61,776 bases of DNA from Octopus bimaculoides. Its lineage: Eukaryota. The DNA is taken from assembly GCF_001194135.2 (NCBI RefSeq), contig NC_068997.1:41957126-42018901 (forward strand), given 5' to 3'. Below, one piece after another: positions 47,095 through 60,900 of the stretch (its first letter is position 1; each line of letters opens with the position of its first letter). Under the pieces are notes generated by a model. That model was not told the DNA's origin. It did no database searches and saw only the letters and a program-made list of their open reading frames with translations. Position numbers and translations under genes: made by a program.

Positions 47095-47700
47095 CGTACG
47101 CGATCGGAAATAAGGTAAAGGATGACTCGTCCGAGAAAATAACATTCTTTCACTGCTCTAGAGACCAATTCTGTAGGTTTTTATTCCACTCTAAACGCTT
47201 TGCAATGTTTGTTTTTCAAAGTTGTGGTTTTCTGATTGCAGCCCTCCCATAAAATCCGGCTTTGTGCAGCTCCCGGCGAACAGTTTTTGTAGAAACTAGG
47301 TTCTCAAGGTGATCATTAAGCTCTGCAGTAGTTTTAGGAGCTGTGCTTTTGTGATCCTTTCTAACAATTCGTGTAAGAGTCTGACGGTCCCTATCTGAAA
47401 GTTTTGGTTTTCTTCCAGAGTTTTGTCTCGACGATGAGGTTTTTCTCTCTTTCTCAAAGGCTGTCATTTTGAGATAGTACTTCTTGATACACCAAACATT
47501 TCGGCTGTTTTCGTTATGCTAACGCCTGCTATACAAGCACCAACAATTTGGCCTCTTTGAAAGTCCGATAGATCTGTCATTTTAATAGATTTTAATTACC
47601 TTTTTCTGATGATATCTGAAAAGAAACAGCAATTTTAGCAAAACATATTAAGCAACACTAATATCAAAGCAAAAAACAAAAAAAATAAACACACTTTTGA
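47095..47700 (-). mobile_element. Tc1 transposase N-terminal half
   Basis: MTDLSDFQRGQIVGA...GRKPKLSDRDRQTLTRIVRKDHK..A..LN...VSTKTVRRELHKAGFYGRAAIRKP...NVIFSDESSFTLF. Confidence 0.92.
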
Positions 47701-47965
47701 TGGTTTTATAGATATTTCAAAATTATAATGTTATGATGCTATGCATACATACATACATGTATATATGTATGTATGCATGCATGTATGTATGTATGTATGC
47801 ATGCATGTATGTATGTATGTATGTATGTATGTATGTATGTATGCATGTATGTATGTATGTGTATATATATATGTATATGTATATATNNNNNNNNNNNNNN
47901 NNNNNNNNNNNNNNNNNNNNNNNNNNNNNNNNNNNNNNNNNNNNNNNNNNNNNNNNNNNNNNNNN

Positions 47966-47989
<24 letters not shown>

Positions 47990-48002
<13 letters not shown>

Positions 48003-48200
48003 CTGTTCTGTCTGTCTGTCTGTTTGTGCACTTACAGCTCGAGTGTTCATCCGATCGCGTTGAAATTTTATACATGGATACATGAGAGAGCGGGGCGTTC
48101 CGTAATCTAAAAAGATTTTCAAAATTGTTAATTTCAAAGTGAGAATCGCTATTTTTGTAATCTTTTTATCCTGTTTGTTCCGCCATTAAAAGCAACGTGT
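47990..48200 (+). mobile_element. Possible Helentron/DINE-like non-autonomous element 5' end
   Basis: TATATAAAA...(GTCT)n...TTCATCCGATCGCGTTGAAATTTT resembles the HINE/DINE-1 architecture; no 3' end identified. Confidence 0.35.
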
Positions 48201-48509
48201 TTGCTCAGACAGCCAGTACATACCATTTCGCTAGCAACAAGGGGAGTACAGGATGACAGTCAAAACCGTCATTATGCTCTCTCTCTTCTTTCCTCTCTCT
48301 GTCTCTCTTATGATGTCCGATTCCACTTGAAATTATATATATATATTGTGCTAAGATACGTTATCAATCAATTATCCTTATTGAAAAGAAGCAGTCAAAA
48401 GTAACCACCACATGCAATCACCAAACATATCCACTACTTAACACCGTCCAACTTTGGGGTAAATAATCTTAATCTTTAGTTACAGTTTCTCATTCATAAT
48501 AGGCAGAAT

Positions 48510-48602
48510 TGTCGGGTTAAGACAGTAGGGTATTTTGAGGGAGATTTGGCTGCTATTTCTACCAGGTCTAGCTACCATGTAGAGGTCTCCTTCATTGGCT
48601 CA
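48510..48602 (+). repeat. Short dispersed repeat family C
   Basis: GAG.GAGATTTGGCTG.TATTTCTA...TTGGCTC motif; similar blocks at ~22075-22138, ~28526-28591 and ~60935-61350. Confidence 0.55.
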
Positions 48603-48804
48603 TACATACATATATACATAAAATCGAACTAAAATACTTAAAGCAACAGTCGTCAAATACAAAAGCCAAGGTCCATGCAGTGTCATGGGCCAAATAAATT
48701 TCCAACTTCTTGCCTAATGCGAGCCTAGAGCAATGTCTTATATCTTACACTATTTCAGTATTATTATAATTTGAGATAATACTTTCAGTTTGAAAGAAGC
48801 CTGT

Positions 48805-48843
<39 letters not shown>

Positions 48844-49199
48844 CTTATGCATTCCAAAACCGGGTTACAGATTTTGACGTATGGGGTTTCAAAAGATTCA
48901 GTACTATTTCGGCTACAAATTAAACTTAATTTCCATTCACATATTTGCATTTCAAAAATTTAACATTATAATCTTTTCCATAAATCAACTATCGTAAACA
49001 TTTTATACGATGACGTCACATTTTCTAAATGTGTGTGTACCTTAAAACACATCAATTATCACGACACACACCTTCACTCATTCACTCTGTCTCCCTTTTT
49101 CACTCTCTTTCTCTCTCTCACACACACGCGCATGCATGCGCGCGCGCGTCCATTTCATATAGACGTACATACATCTTTCACTTTCTTTCTCTGTCATTT

Positions 49200-49979
49200 T
49201 GGGAGAACTTGAAAAAGATCACGTAGTTTCAGTTGAATAATTGGCAAGCAGGCTTCGTTCAAGCTTCGTTCACCGCCATCTTTAATAGCTTGGGAAGGCC
49301 TCAAACTCACAAATGGGTGCCTCATGAAGTGTTTGAAGCCAACTGCAAATACCGAGCAGACTTCGGCTCTTCTCTTCGTTCTCGTGGGACAGAGAGGTGA
49401 CCGGTGATGAAAAATGGGTCCACTACCAAAATGTTAAGAGTCTTAGACATTGGCTTGGTGAGGGGGAAAAGGGCCCAACCACAACCAGAATGGGAACTCC
49501 ATGTGAAGTAGGCTCTTCTCTCTGTTTGGTGGAATTCCAAAGGAGGCACCCACTTAGAGTTGCTACCAACTAATGCAACAATCAATGCTCAAATCTACTG
49601 TCAGCAATTAAAGCGTTTGCATGCTGCTTTGAAGATCACGTCACTGAAGATCAAGGAACTTGGCTGGGAGAAAATTGTTCAACCGCATTATTTCCCAGAC
49701 CTTGCTCCTTCTGATTACCATTTGTTCCGTATTTTACAGAATCATTTGGATATATTAACGCACGAAACAACCGAGTAAGTCGAAACTAACCTTTTAGAGT
49801 TCTTCTCTTCGAAACCGAAATAGGATTTCACTAATGGGATTAAAAAGCTTACGACTAGATGGAAAGGCGTCATAGATAATCATGGAGACTATACTGATGA
49901 TTAAAGTTCATTAAAATGTAAGATTCGATCGCTTGTTTTCCTTATTTAAAATCTGGACATTACTTATGGGATGATTTGA
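49200..49979 (+). mobile_element. Mariner (DD34D) relic with internal deletion
   Basis: KWVPHE, VTGDEKWVHY, WWNSKG..LELLP.NATINAQIYCQQL, PDLAPSDYHLF, GIKKLTTRWKGVIDNHGDY; ends CATTACTTATGGGATGATTTGA followed by TA. Confidence 0.9.
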
Positions 49980-50267
49980 TAGTTGTAGACTTGAATTTTG
50001 GATTTTATGGATTCAGTAGGCTAATCGTTATTGATAAATGAAAACCTTCAATCAACAACAAACAAAGATTGCTTGACGTTAATTGGCTGATATAGTTGTA
50101 ACAAATCTGCGCATGTCACGAAACTTCTCATCTCTTTATTTTACTGCAGGTTAGTTGTAAGAACATTCTTCCTGTCACACTTGCCGTTAAAAAGTCAGCG
50201 AACCAGTGGTTGGACTGTAGAAAACCTGTGATTAATGATGCTATTGTTATTGTTTACATATCTCGAT

Positions 50268-50692
50268 CAGCGCTGGATTAACTATTAGGCAAAATAAGTA
50301 CGTGCTTCGGGCATCAAGGGAAGGGTGTGGGCACCACAGAAATGGTTAATGGTTTACGGCACAAAAGAAATCACTTTAAACTTGCTGAAATAATTTTCTA
50401 AGTGTTTTATACGATTGGGAATATAATTTCGAAGTGTTCATGGTACCATTGTGAGGATCCTATCAAAGAGTTTGCAATTAAACAAAAGTAGGAGAAAACT
50501 TTTCAAATATAAATAAAGTGGAAGGGGACAAAAATAAACATTATTTCCTATCTTGCTGTTAGTTTTGTTTCATTTTGAAAAATAAAAATTTATTTTATGG
50601 TTTATAATTGATTTTATTTAGAATTACATGCATATGGGGGCAGCAAAATCTTCAAAGTGCTTAGGGCCTCTCTGGGTCTTAATCCGGCCCCG
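50268..50692 (+). mobile_element. Probable hAT-type MITE
   Basis: Degenerate TIRs CAGCGCTGGATTAA / TTAATCCGGCCCCG; putative 8-bp flanks ATCTCGAT and ACTTTGAT match at only 5/8. Confidence 0.5.
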
Positions 50693-51493
50693 ACTTTGAT
50701 ATATAATTAATAAATAAGATAAAGAATACTTAAGGAAGCGGAAGAAATAAAACATGGAAGAAAATTCCAGAGAAATCAAACAATGTCGGTACCCTGTTCC
50801 TATCAGTACTCTCAGGAAAACCTATAGAACTCTTTAAAAGGATAGTCGTCCTCAAGCTTTTGAAAAGACATCAACATTGATTTCTAAAGATGTGTTAAAA
50901 GACGATGTTTATTTGGTGTAGTGAAGCAGTTCTACTGGTAGAGTGAAATATATATTCTAAAAGAGAATCGCAAGAATATCCGTAGTGAAAAGAAACGAAA
51001 GCAAAGTTATGTGGCATCTTGTTCTTTGCCACATATGGGCGTTCCCAAATAATTAATTTATGGCATTTGCCCGAATTCTTTTGATAAAAAATTCAAAGAA
51101 CGAATTCCTTGAACAATAGGGGAATGAAGAATAGTTATTGTGTACTAGCTATAATGTGATTAAAATTATTAAACGTTTCCGTGAGTTTCAGGGATTTGTT
51201 AAGCTTGTATTTAGTTCCGCAAACTGTTGTGTTATATAAATGTCTCCCTTGATAAGACGCAATAATTTTGAAATCGATTCGTACTTCTTCAATCATAAAG
51301 GATGTCTGAATATTCGAGATAAGAGAATGTCTACAGTAACAGAGAAATTATCCACTTACCTCAGCGAAGCTATCAGCGCCAGTGATATTACACAGGCGGT
51401 GATTAAGCGATAAAACTCTTCAAATACTCAAAGTACATTATAAATGAACACAAAAAAGAACACTACAAAAGATTTAAAAAATGGAAATGTACT

Positions 51494-51607
<114 letters not shown>

Positions 51608-52664
51608 AAGAAAAGAGCGGTGAGGAGGGATACTTCGCTCATCAGGTTGAGTAAAAGAAACAAATTTATAAGTAATTATTGTCAAATTGTTTATCAGATC
51701 GCCAAGAAGTGGTGAAGAAAACTGAGGCTCTATCAAAAGAAAGGGAAAAGATCCAACAGGCATATTTGCATAACCAGTTCTAATAGATCCCATCTCGAAG
51801 AGTGGAATTAGTCGATGAAGTGTTAATCGGAATATAAGGAAATTAATTTTCATAACAGTACAGACACTGAGGATGTTCCTCTATATGAAAAAAAAATGAT
51901 TGAATGAATGATATTAAACTTATTTTCGTGTTTCCAAGTTTTCGAGTCTTGTTTGTATTTATTCCAAATATGTTTGTGTATATTTCGGGGTGTAATCTTG
52001 TGTTATAATATCCCTCACAGATTACAGTACACACACACACACACGCACACACACACACACACACACACATACACACACACACTTTATTTGTCGGTTAATA
52101 AGGCAGTCAATGGTTTGATGTGAAGAGCTTCACATGAAACAATTGGTTGCCTTGTTAACCCACAAATAAAGAATATTTATCCACAAATCCGGTGTTGAGC
52201 ACTCGTTCTCATTGTAGTATGTGTGTGCGTGCGTGCATGTGTGTGTGTGTGTGTGTGTGTGTGTATCTGTGTCTGTGTGTCTGTTTGTGTGTGTAATATT
52301 TTGGACTAATGGATATATGTTGGTCAGTGTGTTAATGTGTCGTGTAAAGCAATGGTACGGTTTAGGCTACCTTGGCGTCACCCCCAGTTGGGGTGTATTT
52401 TCGTTGGATCTACTTCAGGAATTTCGCAGTGTTAGTTGAGATCATAATAACTGATTAAGCAGCCAGTAGGTGGATTTAGTATTTGTCTTTATGTATGGAT
52501 GTATCTGATGTGACCCAGACTGCAAAATAGATGCAACACAACATGATGCACAGAATCCCACCCATAAAGGCCAGTAGCAGGATGGGTCGAAACGACAATT
52601 GTACAAAATAAAGACTAATACCAAATCCATCTTCTGGTAACATAATCAATTGTGTGTGTGTGTG

Positions 52665-52704
<40 letters not shown>

Positions 52705-53518
52705 CGTGTGTGTGTGTGCGTGTGTGTGTGTGTGAATTGTGATATGTCAGGTTACTTGTGAGGTCTCTCATGAGTTCTACTGGTAACATGGAATCCAGCA
52801 CAACCTATTGCATTGTCGGGTCGTCGGCGACTAAATAAGCACATCCCACTAAGCTTCCCTAGTGAGGAGGATCGCTAGAAACCCAGCAGGACTAAAAACA
52901 AGATCTGTCAAAAGGACAGATGAACCTAGTGTAAGGGCCCATGTTATTGCTAGATAGTCGTTGAACATAGTGTAAGTTCAACGACTATCAAGGAATTGCA
53001 AGAGCCCTCAAAAATTCCGGGTGGGTGTCCGGCATACTGGAAGACTACTGGGGTGAGGCACCCCTAAGTTTTTGCTAAAGCATGTCTCTAGGAAAAGGTC
53101 ACTCTGATATAAAACCAAATGTTCAGGGAATGGCATTGAACATTTTGGGAGTTTTTTACTTACGCTTAAGGTTATAGCGCTCCCATATTCCTGAGTCTGC
53201 GACCCATATTAGCACTGGATATCTTACCCTGGCCTGTCTCTGGATCAGGTCAGTAGAGTGGAGAGAGTTTGTGAGGTGCTGTGCAAGCCCCATTAGACCT
53301 AAAACTTTAGGTTATACCATCGCCAGTGACGTCACTATCCGATACCAGGTCATGTAGGAGAGCGCCGCAGCAAGCATGGAAGCCGTGGACATGAACCCGG
53401 ATGAAGCCGACTGTGAGTGCAATAACCTCATGCTCGGGTATAGCTGGCATTTTGCAAGGGCAATGGTCAGTGATGGTCTTCTTCGGTTATAAGTGGACAG
53501 CTATCACCATATATGAAT

Positions 53519-53550
<32 letters not shown>

Positions 53551-54164
53551 NNNNNNNNNNNNNNNNNNNNNNNNNNNNNNNNNNNNNNNNNNNNNNNNNN
53601 NNNNNNNNNNNNNNNNNNNNNNNNNNNNNNNNNNNNNNNNNNNNNNNNNNNNNNNNNNNNNNNNNNNNNNNNNNNNNNNNNNNNNNNNNNNNNNNNNNNN
53701 NNNNNNNNNNNNNNNNNNNNNNNNNNNNNNNNNNNNNNNNNNNNNNNNNNNNNNNNNNNNNNNNNNNNNNNNNNNNNNNNNNNNNNNNNNNNNNNNNNNN
53801 NNNNNNNNNNNNNNNNNNNNNNNNNNNNNNNNNNNNNNNNNNNNNNNNNNNNNNNNNNNCCTGTGATGGTTTTTATTCCCATGTTGGCCACTTGATAAAA
53901 TCGATATTTAAATATCGATCTTAACCATATATATATATATAGTCAATTCAAATAAACAAGCAATTCAAATGAACAAATAAAAAAAAAAACAAACAATGAA
54001 AGGGGACAACGTGCACAAGAAAAGTATTAACATTGACGCTCGGTGAAAGGAGAGAGTTTGACGTTTCGAGCATCGCTCTTCGTCGGAAAGGAGAAAGGGA
54101 AAAGTCCAACTATGGAGAAGAAATCACCAACGGCACACGTGTAGTTACATTGCTTATCCTCCAT

Positions 54165-54550
54165 CTGTTCCAGTTATTAGATTGCGGCCACGCTGGGGCA
54201 CCGCCTCGAACTTTTAGTCGATTGAATCGATCCCAGTATTTATTTTCTATTCTTAAACCTGGTTTTAGCTTGATCGGTCAACTTTGCCAAATCGCTTAGT
54301 TACAGGAACGTAAACACACTACCACCGGTTCTCAAGCCGCGATGAGAGACAAACACAAACACGCACACACATGCATACACGCACACACACGCACGCATGC
54401 ACACACACATACACATATGACAGGCTTCTTTTAGTTTCTGTCTACCAAATCCACTCACAACGCTTTGGTCGGTCCGAGGTTATAGTAGAAGACACTTGCC
54501 CAAGGTGTCACGCAGTGAGATTGAACCCGGAATCATGTGGTTGTGAAGCA
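54165..54550 (-). mobile_element. SINE family A
   Basis: Body, linker and head match the family. Confidence 0.85.
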
Positions 54551-55204
54551 AGCGTACGTATGTACATTTGTATGTATGTGTATGTTCTTCCACAGGCCTC
54601 CAATTATTCAACAGTGTACGGTTGCTGCTTTACTGACTACCATCATTATGCAAATCGTGGTTCTTCCATAGACCACGATTCTTACTTAGACGACAGCTAT
54701 TCGCTAGAAAAAAAAAATTATTCGTAAAATTCATTCCCAAATATAACACACTCTCTTAAAAAACACTAGGTAAATTATATTTCTTTTCTATAGGTCCTAA
54801 ATCATTTATAGATCAGTTTTTCAACATTACGTAGGTCACACTTTTTTTTATACTTCATCAAACCTCGGTCTCCTACCATACAATTATTTCATTCTTCATA
54901 GGTCACTGCTCCATCAAAGATTATCAGTTAATTCTTGCAGATATTTTTACTCTGTCGACATTTCACAACTCTACCACAGACCACATACCACAATCCTCAA
55001 CAGACTAACAATTCCTACACAGTTAATTACTTCCAAAGATCCAGATTTATTTTTGCGTCTCTCACTAAAATTTAGTAGCCCAACAGTTTAATAATTTTAA
55101 ATCTATTCTTAAATCCAGTAAATATTAAATTGTTTGAATATTTTAAAGTCGTATCCAATCCTAACGAGAAATGTTGCTAGAAAGTTCAAAACATTTATAT
55201 ATAT

Positions 55205-55605
55205 ACTCTTTACTTGTTTCAGTCATTTGACTGCGGCCATGCTGGAGCACCGCCTTTAGTCGAGCAAATCGACCCCAGGACTTATTCTTTGGATGCCAAG
55301 TACTTATTCTATCGGTCTCTTTTGCCGAACCGCTAAGTTACGGGGACGTAAACACACCAGCATCGGTTGTCAAGCGATGGTGGGGGCACAAACGCACGCG
55401 CGCGCGCACACACACACACACACACACATACACACACACACACATATATATATACGACGGGCTTCTTTCTGCTTCCGTCTACCAAATCCACTCACAAGGC
55501 TTTGGTCGGCCAGAGGCTATAGTAGAAGACACTTGCCCAAGGTGCCATGCAGTGGGAATGAACCCGCAATCATGTGGTTGGTAAGCAAGCTACTTACCAC
55601 ATAGC
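55205..55605 (-). mobile_element. SINE family A, full length and well conserved
   Basis: Complete from the head (GGCTATGTGGTAAGTAGCTTGCTTACCAACCACATG) to the 3' end. Confidence 0.93.
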
Positions 55606-56487
55606 CTATATGTCAACAGAATGTGACAGTCCTATTAAAGGACGAGATCAGCGACTGTGAGTCGCTTAAAGAATATATAGCATTTGCGAGTGAAGAAAGC
55701 TTTCGTCACTAGCCTGCGATTGTCTCCCACTGAGGACAATTAACCACCTAGAAACCTAGATCTGTGAGAATCACGTAGCGCAAGGGATGGGAGCAATGAC
55801 CTCCCTTGCAAATGCTATACGGACACAGACTGTGTGTCGATAGCCAGCTGGAAAAGATGTTTTCTTGAGGCTAAAACAACAGTAACATCGTCCTTTATAG
55901 GACTGCCACATTCTGTTGGCATATAAACTGTACTATTCAGTAGTGTTACTGTATATCTCTCGCTCAGAGATTTACAACAAATTGTTTTTCTCTAGAAAAG
56001 AACAACGTTTTATTTTTAGAAAATCTGTTTTAAATCAAGTATATTACTTAAATTTGGTACCATATCAAGTTTCTGAAATATTGTCCGAAAGCCAACAGTG
56101 GTTCGTAGCAAACTCTATTATGTCTTTTTTGCATTGTCATAGACAATTCATGTCAATTTCAAATACGGATATTGGTACTGCTTATACCGATGTATGGCTT
56201 TGGATATTGACTTGTGTATATGTCTATGTACTTAGTGCTGGAGATATTGACTACTGCACTGAGTATTAGACTCCATGTATAATTATGTGTAACAATAAAT
56301 AATGGTTTCTGTGTATGACAATGTGTAATGCGCCTCTTTATGACAGTGTCTTGTATGAGTACATGTACGTATAATAATCAGTATTAGCTTCTGTGTATGC
56401 GTACATATTCTTTTATTCTTTCATTCGTTTCATCCCAAAGGCTGTGGCCATACAATATGTATGTATGTATGTATGTGTGTATGTATG

Positions 56488-58792
56488 ATTATTCAGTTTA
56501 TTTCAAGATTTCTTGTCAATAAAGAACCGGTTTCTAACCTAGACCCAAGGCTCCTTCATTGGAATTTCAACATCAACAACAATTTTATTTCAAGATTTCT
56601 TGCCAATAGAGAAAGAGCCGGTTTCTAACCAAGATCCAAGACTCTTTCATTGGAATTTCAATATCAACAACAGGTTATTTTTGTATGTATGTATATGTGC
56701 AGATTTGTATGCTTTTTGTATGTATTCTCATGCATATAGTTACATATTTTGACATGTTCATATGTATTTAAATGACAAACTACTGGAAAGTTTTTCAGAT
56801 TTTTACAGTTCCAGTGATGGATTGGATCTGTAGTCTTCGAATTAGCTTTCTCCTTTCTGGTTTTGGGAAGCATAATTTCTCAAGATTGGTATTTAGGCAG
56901 TGTGTTACATATCCCAGGTCCCCAATAATTACAGGCATATACCTGAACTTAAAATCTGGATAGAGTAACTCTAGATTTCTCAATAGTTCAGCATAGGTGT
57001 TCTCTTTTTCACTGATCTTCACCTGTATGTTACCATCCGCTGGGCAGCTAATTTCCACAACTGTGCACAGTCTCTCTTCTCTGCCCCAAATTATTATATC
57101 AGGTCTGTTGTGCTTATATTTTATTGAGGTTTTCACTGGTACAATATGAGTAGCTATGGCTTCTACCATATTGTGGGTTCTTATTTCTTTGTCCTCGGGA
57201 TTATCCTTCCGACGGATTTCATAATAGAGTGTCCTAGCTACAACATCATATTTCATCGGTAGATAATACTGTGACATTTTCGGACAACCGCTTATGATGT
57301 GGGTGATATCTTCGTTGTGAACTCCACAAAGTCTGCATTGGTTGTCACATTTTACGGCTTTTTCTGCATCTCTACCCCTTTTTTGCATCAGGTACTTGGT
57401 TGATATTTCCTGTTCCTGGATTGCAAACACATACCCTTCAAAGTGGAAGGTATTAATCCGGTTATTGATCCATGATAAACTGCTTTGATGAGCGATGTTA
57501 CTATCATCACTGAGCTTTCTATTAACATATCTATGCATAGGCTCATCCTTTCATCTGATGACACGTTGTGGTAGCGTCGTGCGAATTCTTTGGGCATGTA
57601 TTCTAGGTTATCAGATAAAGAGTGTTGCTCAAGGAGCTGCCTTCCAAGTCTTATGTTGTCAGCTTCATGTATGCAAACTTGGTCAAGGGATGCACTTCGA
57701 CGCTTGGTGGTTAAAAGATGTTACCGAAGAAATATGATGCGACATGCAAAAGCATTTTGGACCTGCCACCTTGTTTTCGTTTTAGGTAGAGGCGGTCTAG
57801 GTCTCTGTTTATGTGGAAATTATGCGTGCTTGTTAGTATTTTTAGGGTTTTCACATCAATAGCTCGGATCTCATCAAAGCGTCCAATCAAGCAGCCCAAA
57901 TGTTGGTATGAGTACTGGCACTGCAAACACATTGTGGGCCACTGTTTTATTGAATGCAAAGCGTTCTGAGGTCCAAATTTTCTTTATACGGTCGTAATAT
58001 TCTTTAGTGACACGTGTTTTGTTACAGGTGCCATTGTAAGATATATTTTCATCCACTCCTAGATACCTGTAACATTCTTCGTCAGATACAGGGGAAACAG
58101 TCAAATCATTGATGGAGATGTTACTAGTCTGGTTCATAGTTGTCCCCTTTCTCACAACAATATAACGACATTTATCCTGACCGAACTCCAACCTACATCC
58201 TTTGAGAATGTTGTAACTAGGTCAAGGCTCTTTTTTTTTTATCTCATGCATGTTCTTTGCATAAAGTTTTAAGTCATCCACAAAGAAACAGCGTGTAATT
58301 CTGGTATTGCTGTTTCCTTGTGAACCACTGAGTTATCCTTCAGACTTCCTTAACATGAATGACAAGGGGGTTTACAGAAAGTATAAACAACATCACAGAG
58401 AGGCTGTCTCCTTGGAATATGTCTTTACGTACTGAGTTCAAATTCTGCCGAGGTCGACTTTGCCTTTCATCCCTTCGGGGTCGATTAAATAAGTACCTGT
58501 TATGCACTGGGGTCGATGTAATCGACTTAATCCCTTTGTCTGTCCTTGTTTGTCTCCTCTATGTTTATCCCCCTGTGGGCAATAAAAAAATAGATATTGT
58601 ATTCTATCGGTGAAAATAGACGCGATCCTGTAGCTTTGTATCTCCGCAAAGAAGTGTTTAATTTCAAGATGATGGCCCACGATGAAGTCAGAACAGCTAT
58701 GGCTTTGACTATTCTCACTGGAACTTTAGCAAGTTGAAAGGCTTCTAGCATCCATGAGTGAGGAACAAAGTCAAAGGTTTTCTTGTAGTCTA
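56488..58792 (-). mobile_element. R4/Dong-type RLE non-LTR retrotransposon, 5'-truncated and degenerate
   Basis: RT motifs [45 protein letters not shown]; zinc knuckle CRLCG..EDITHIISGC; RLE NRPDII..EISCP.D..K; tandem-duplicated 3' UTR; (TATG)n on both flanks. Confidence 0.93.
58428..58593 (+). mobile_element. SINE family B (5'-truncated) nested in the LINE RT region
   Basis: CTGAGTTCAAATTCTGCCGAGGTCGACTTTGCC...CCCTGTGGGCAATAAAAAAA interrupts the frame just upstream of IFQGD. Confidence 0.9.
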
Positions 58793-58856
58793 TGTATGTA
58801 TGTATGTATGTATGTATGTATGTATGTATGTATGTATGTATGTATGTATGTATGTA
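58793..58856. repeat. (TATG)n microsatellite at the LINE 5' junction
   Basis: Perfect tetranucleotide run. Confidence 0.97.
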
Positions 58857-59149
58857 CGCATGTATTTGTGTGTTGCTTGACAATGCGTACTGCCTGCTAT
58901 GTGTGTATCTTTGCATAGCGTTTTGGATTGTGTGTGCTTACCTATTCCCTTATTTTGTAAATGGTTTCAGTTATTGGACTACAGTTATGCTTAGGCGCGG
59001 ACTCAAATAGATTTTTATCGATCCCATTATTGATACTTATTTTATCAATTTCGAAAGGACGAAAAGTAATGTTGACTTAGGTAGGATTTAAATTCAGAAC
59101 GTAAAAGGACATAAACCAAATATCACGATGTATTTTGACCATTTCAGGA

Positions 59150-60900
59150 GTTCTCTTCCAGACGGGATGATGATGGACTGTCCATCGAATATCGTATGTC
59201 AAGGTGTGTCAGAAGGTTTGCCTGAAACGAGCCGGTCAGTGCATACACCATCCTAATCTGGTTTCCTGTAGTTACTGATAGAAAGTCATGGTGATAGTGT
59301 TAAACTGACGTAGTGAAATGACCAAGTGTTTGGTCATCGCCTAAATGAGCTTGCTTCAGTCCAAGTGCGGCCAAATTGCTTTTCTTCCACGTACATCAAG
59401 AATAAAGTACTTGAGTATCAATCGAAACATTTTCAAGGGATCAGAATAGAGCGATTGTAATGGAGACTGAATTGAACTTCTGTGGATAAATACATGCGAC
59501 CATAGGTGAAAGTCATTCTGTACATTTGTAGTGGTCGTCTGAGGTTAAGTAGAATCCAGTGGAAAACTGAGCATGTTGGATCGCAGTCAGTGTAGGTATC
59601 TTGATGAAAATAGGCACGATCCTGTAGCTTTGTAATGTCAGAGTATTATCGCAAAGAAGTTCGGCTTGTGTACAATTCATTCGTTCTTTAATTGTAGAGC
59701 GAATTCCCATAAGAACAAAAGAAAGGTATTCCAAGTAAGTCTTTAGAGCTGACTTCTGTGGAAATGCGTTTTTATGCCATTAGCTACAGGATGCCTGGCA
59801 GTTAAGTCGTGCATGTGTGTTTACAACTGAACAGATGCGTTAATTCCGTAAAGAGATGGAACTCGAGCTGACGTCCTTTGTCTATCGTAATGGTAGTAGG
59901 TGTGTATAAAGGAAAATCCAATGAAGCACGAGTGTTTTATTGACTGTCTCAGCAGAGATGTTAGCTAGAGGAATGGCTTCAGGCTATTTGGAAAACTGAT
60001 CGATGCAAGTCAGCAAGTAAGTATAATTCTGAGGTGAAGGCAGTGCTCCGACAACGTTGATATGTATGTGTTGGGGAAACAGGTATCAGATGTTGTGAAG
60101 GTGCCAAGTGATTCAATGATGTAGTGGTATATTTTAGCTTTCTCACAAACCAAGTTAGCATCAGTGTTTGAAAAACAATAGAATGCTGAGAAAACTGCTT
60201 GACAATACTTCTACAGTGCGTACTGGCTTTCGTGACCAGTGGAAATGTCTCATCGAATATATCCAGATGAAGAAGGAAGAGATACAAATTGAAGTATTAA
60301 ATAACACAACTTCCGGAGGCTTGAAAGTTCTTCGTTCTACTCCTAATCAGTTGCAATCTGTACAAGTTCGACGGAGGCAGAAGTGTGTAGGGCATTCAAA
60401 TGAATGCGAGAGATAGCAACACTGATATGTCAAATATATATCAGTTGTATCTGAGTGATGACATCATGACGAATTTCTCTTGGGGAGTGACAATCAGGTC
60501 TGGTCCCGACGGCGTTCGTGTATATTTAGAAAACAAAGTCTTTCTGCATGTGACGGACGCATTTTACACAAAGAAAAATAGTTAATAACTTGCATCCAAA
60601 AGTTCTGAGTTTCGGGTGGCTGGAGATGCTTATAAAAGGAAAATGGTTGTAAATAGTTGTCAAAAGACTGATCGCTAGCTTCTGAAATGCAACTCCGACT
60701 CGAACAACCGATACATCCACTAAAAACATGCTACTAACTTGGGTTTTCGATGAGCCAATAAGACAATCTCAGACAATATTCTCGATTTTCGTAAAAGAGA
60801 GAGATCAACTCTTTGGCATCAAGAGGAATCAGTTGATTCTTCTTGTACGGTTTCTAAGAAAGTACGTCAATGGTTGAATTACTTCCGCGCTTGGGACGAA
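59150..60900 (-). mobile_element. Gypsy-type LTR retrotransposon pol relic (RT end, RNase H, integrase), highly degenerate
   Basis: DFVPSAAEVIQPLT, VDVSVVRVGVAFQ (DAS motif), RTFGCKLL..V..VRH, HSPREIRH, HIHINVVGALP...YLLTCIDQFSK*PEAIPL.NISAETV, TIDKGRQ, LSFVLMGIRSTIKE..AELL; order RT-RH-IN. Confidence 0.88.

Noticed and set aside
52745-52860. HDV-like ribozyme (GGTAAC...GACTAAA)
   Set aside because: I could not find P1/P2 pairing partners upstream; the sequence runs into a (GT)n tract.
53900-53919. Perfect 20-bp palindrome ATCGATATTTAAATATCGAT
   Set aside because: Single, AT-rich, next to a gap and without context; no function can be supported.
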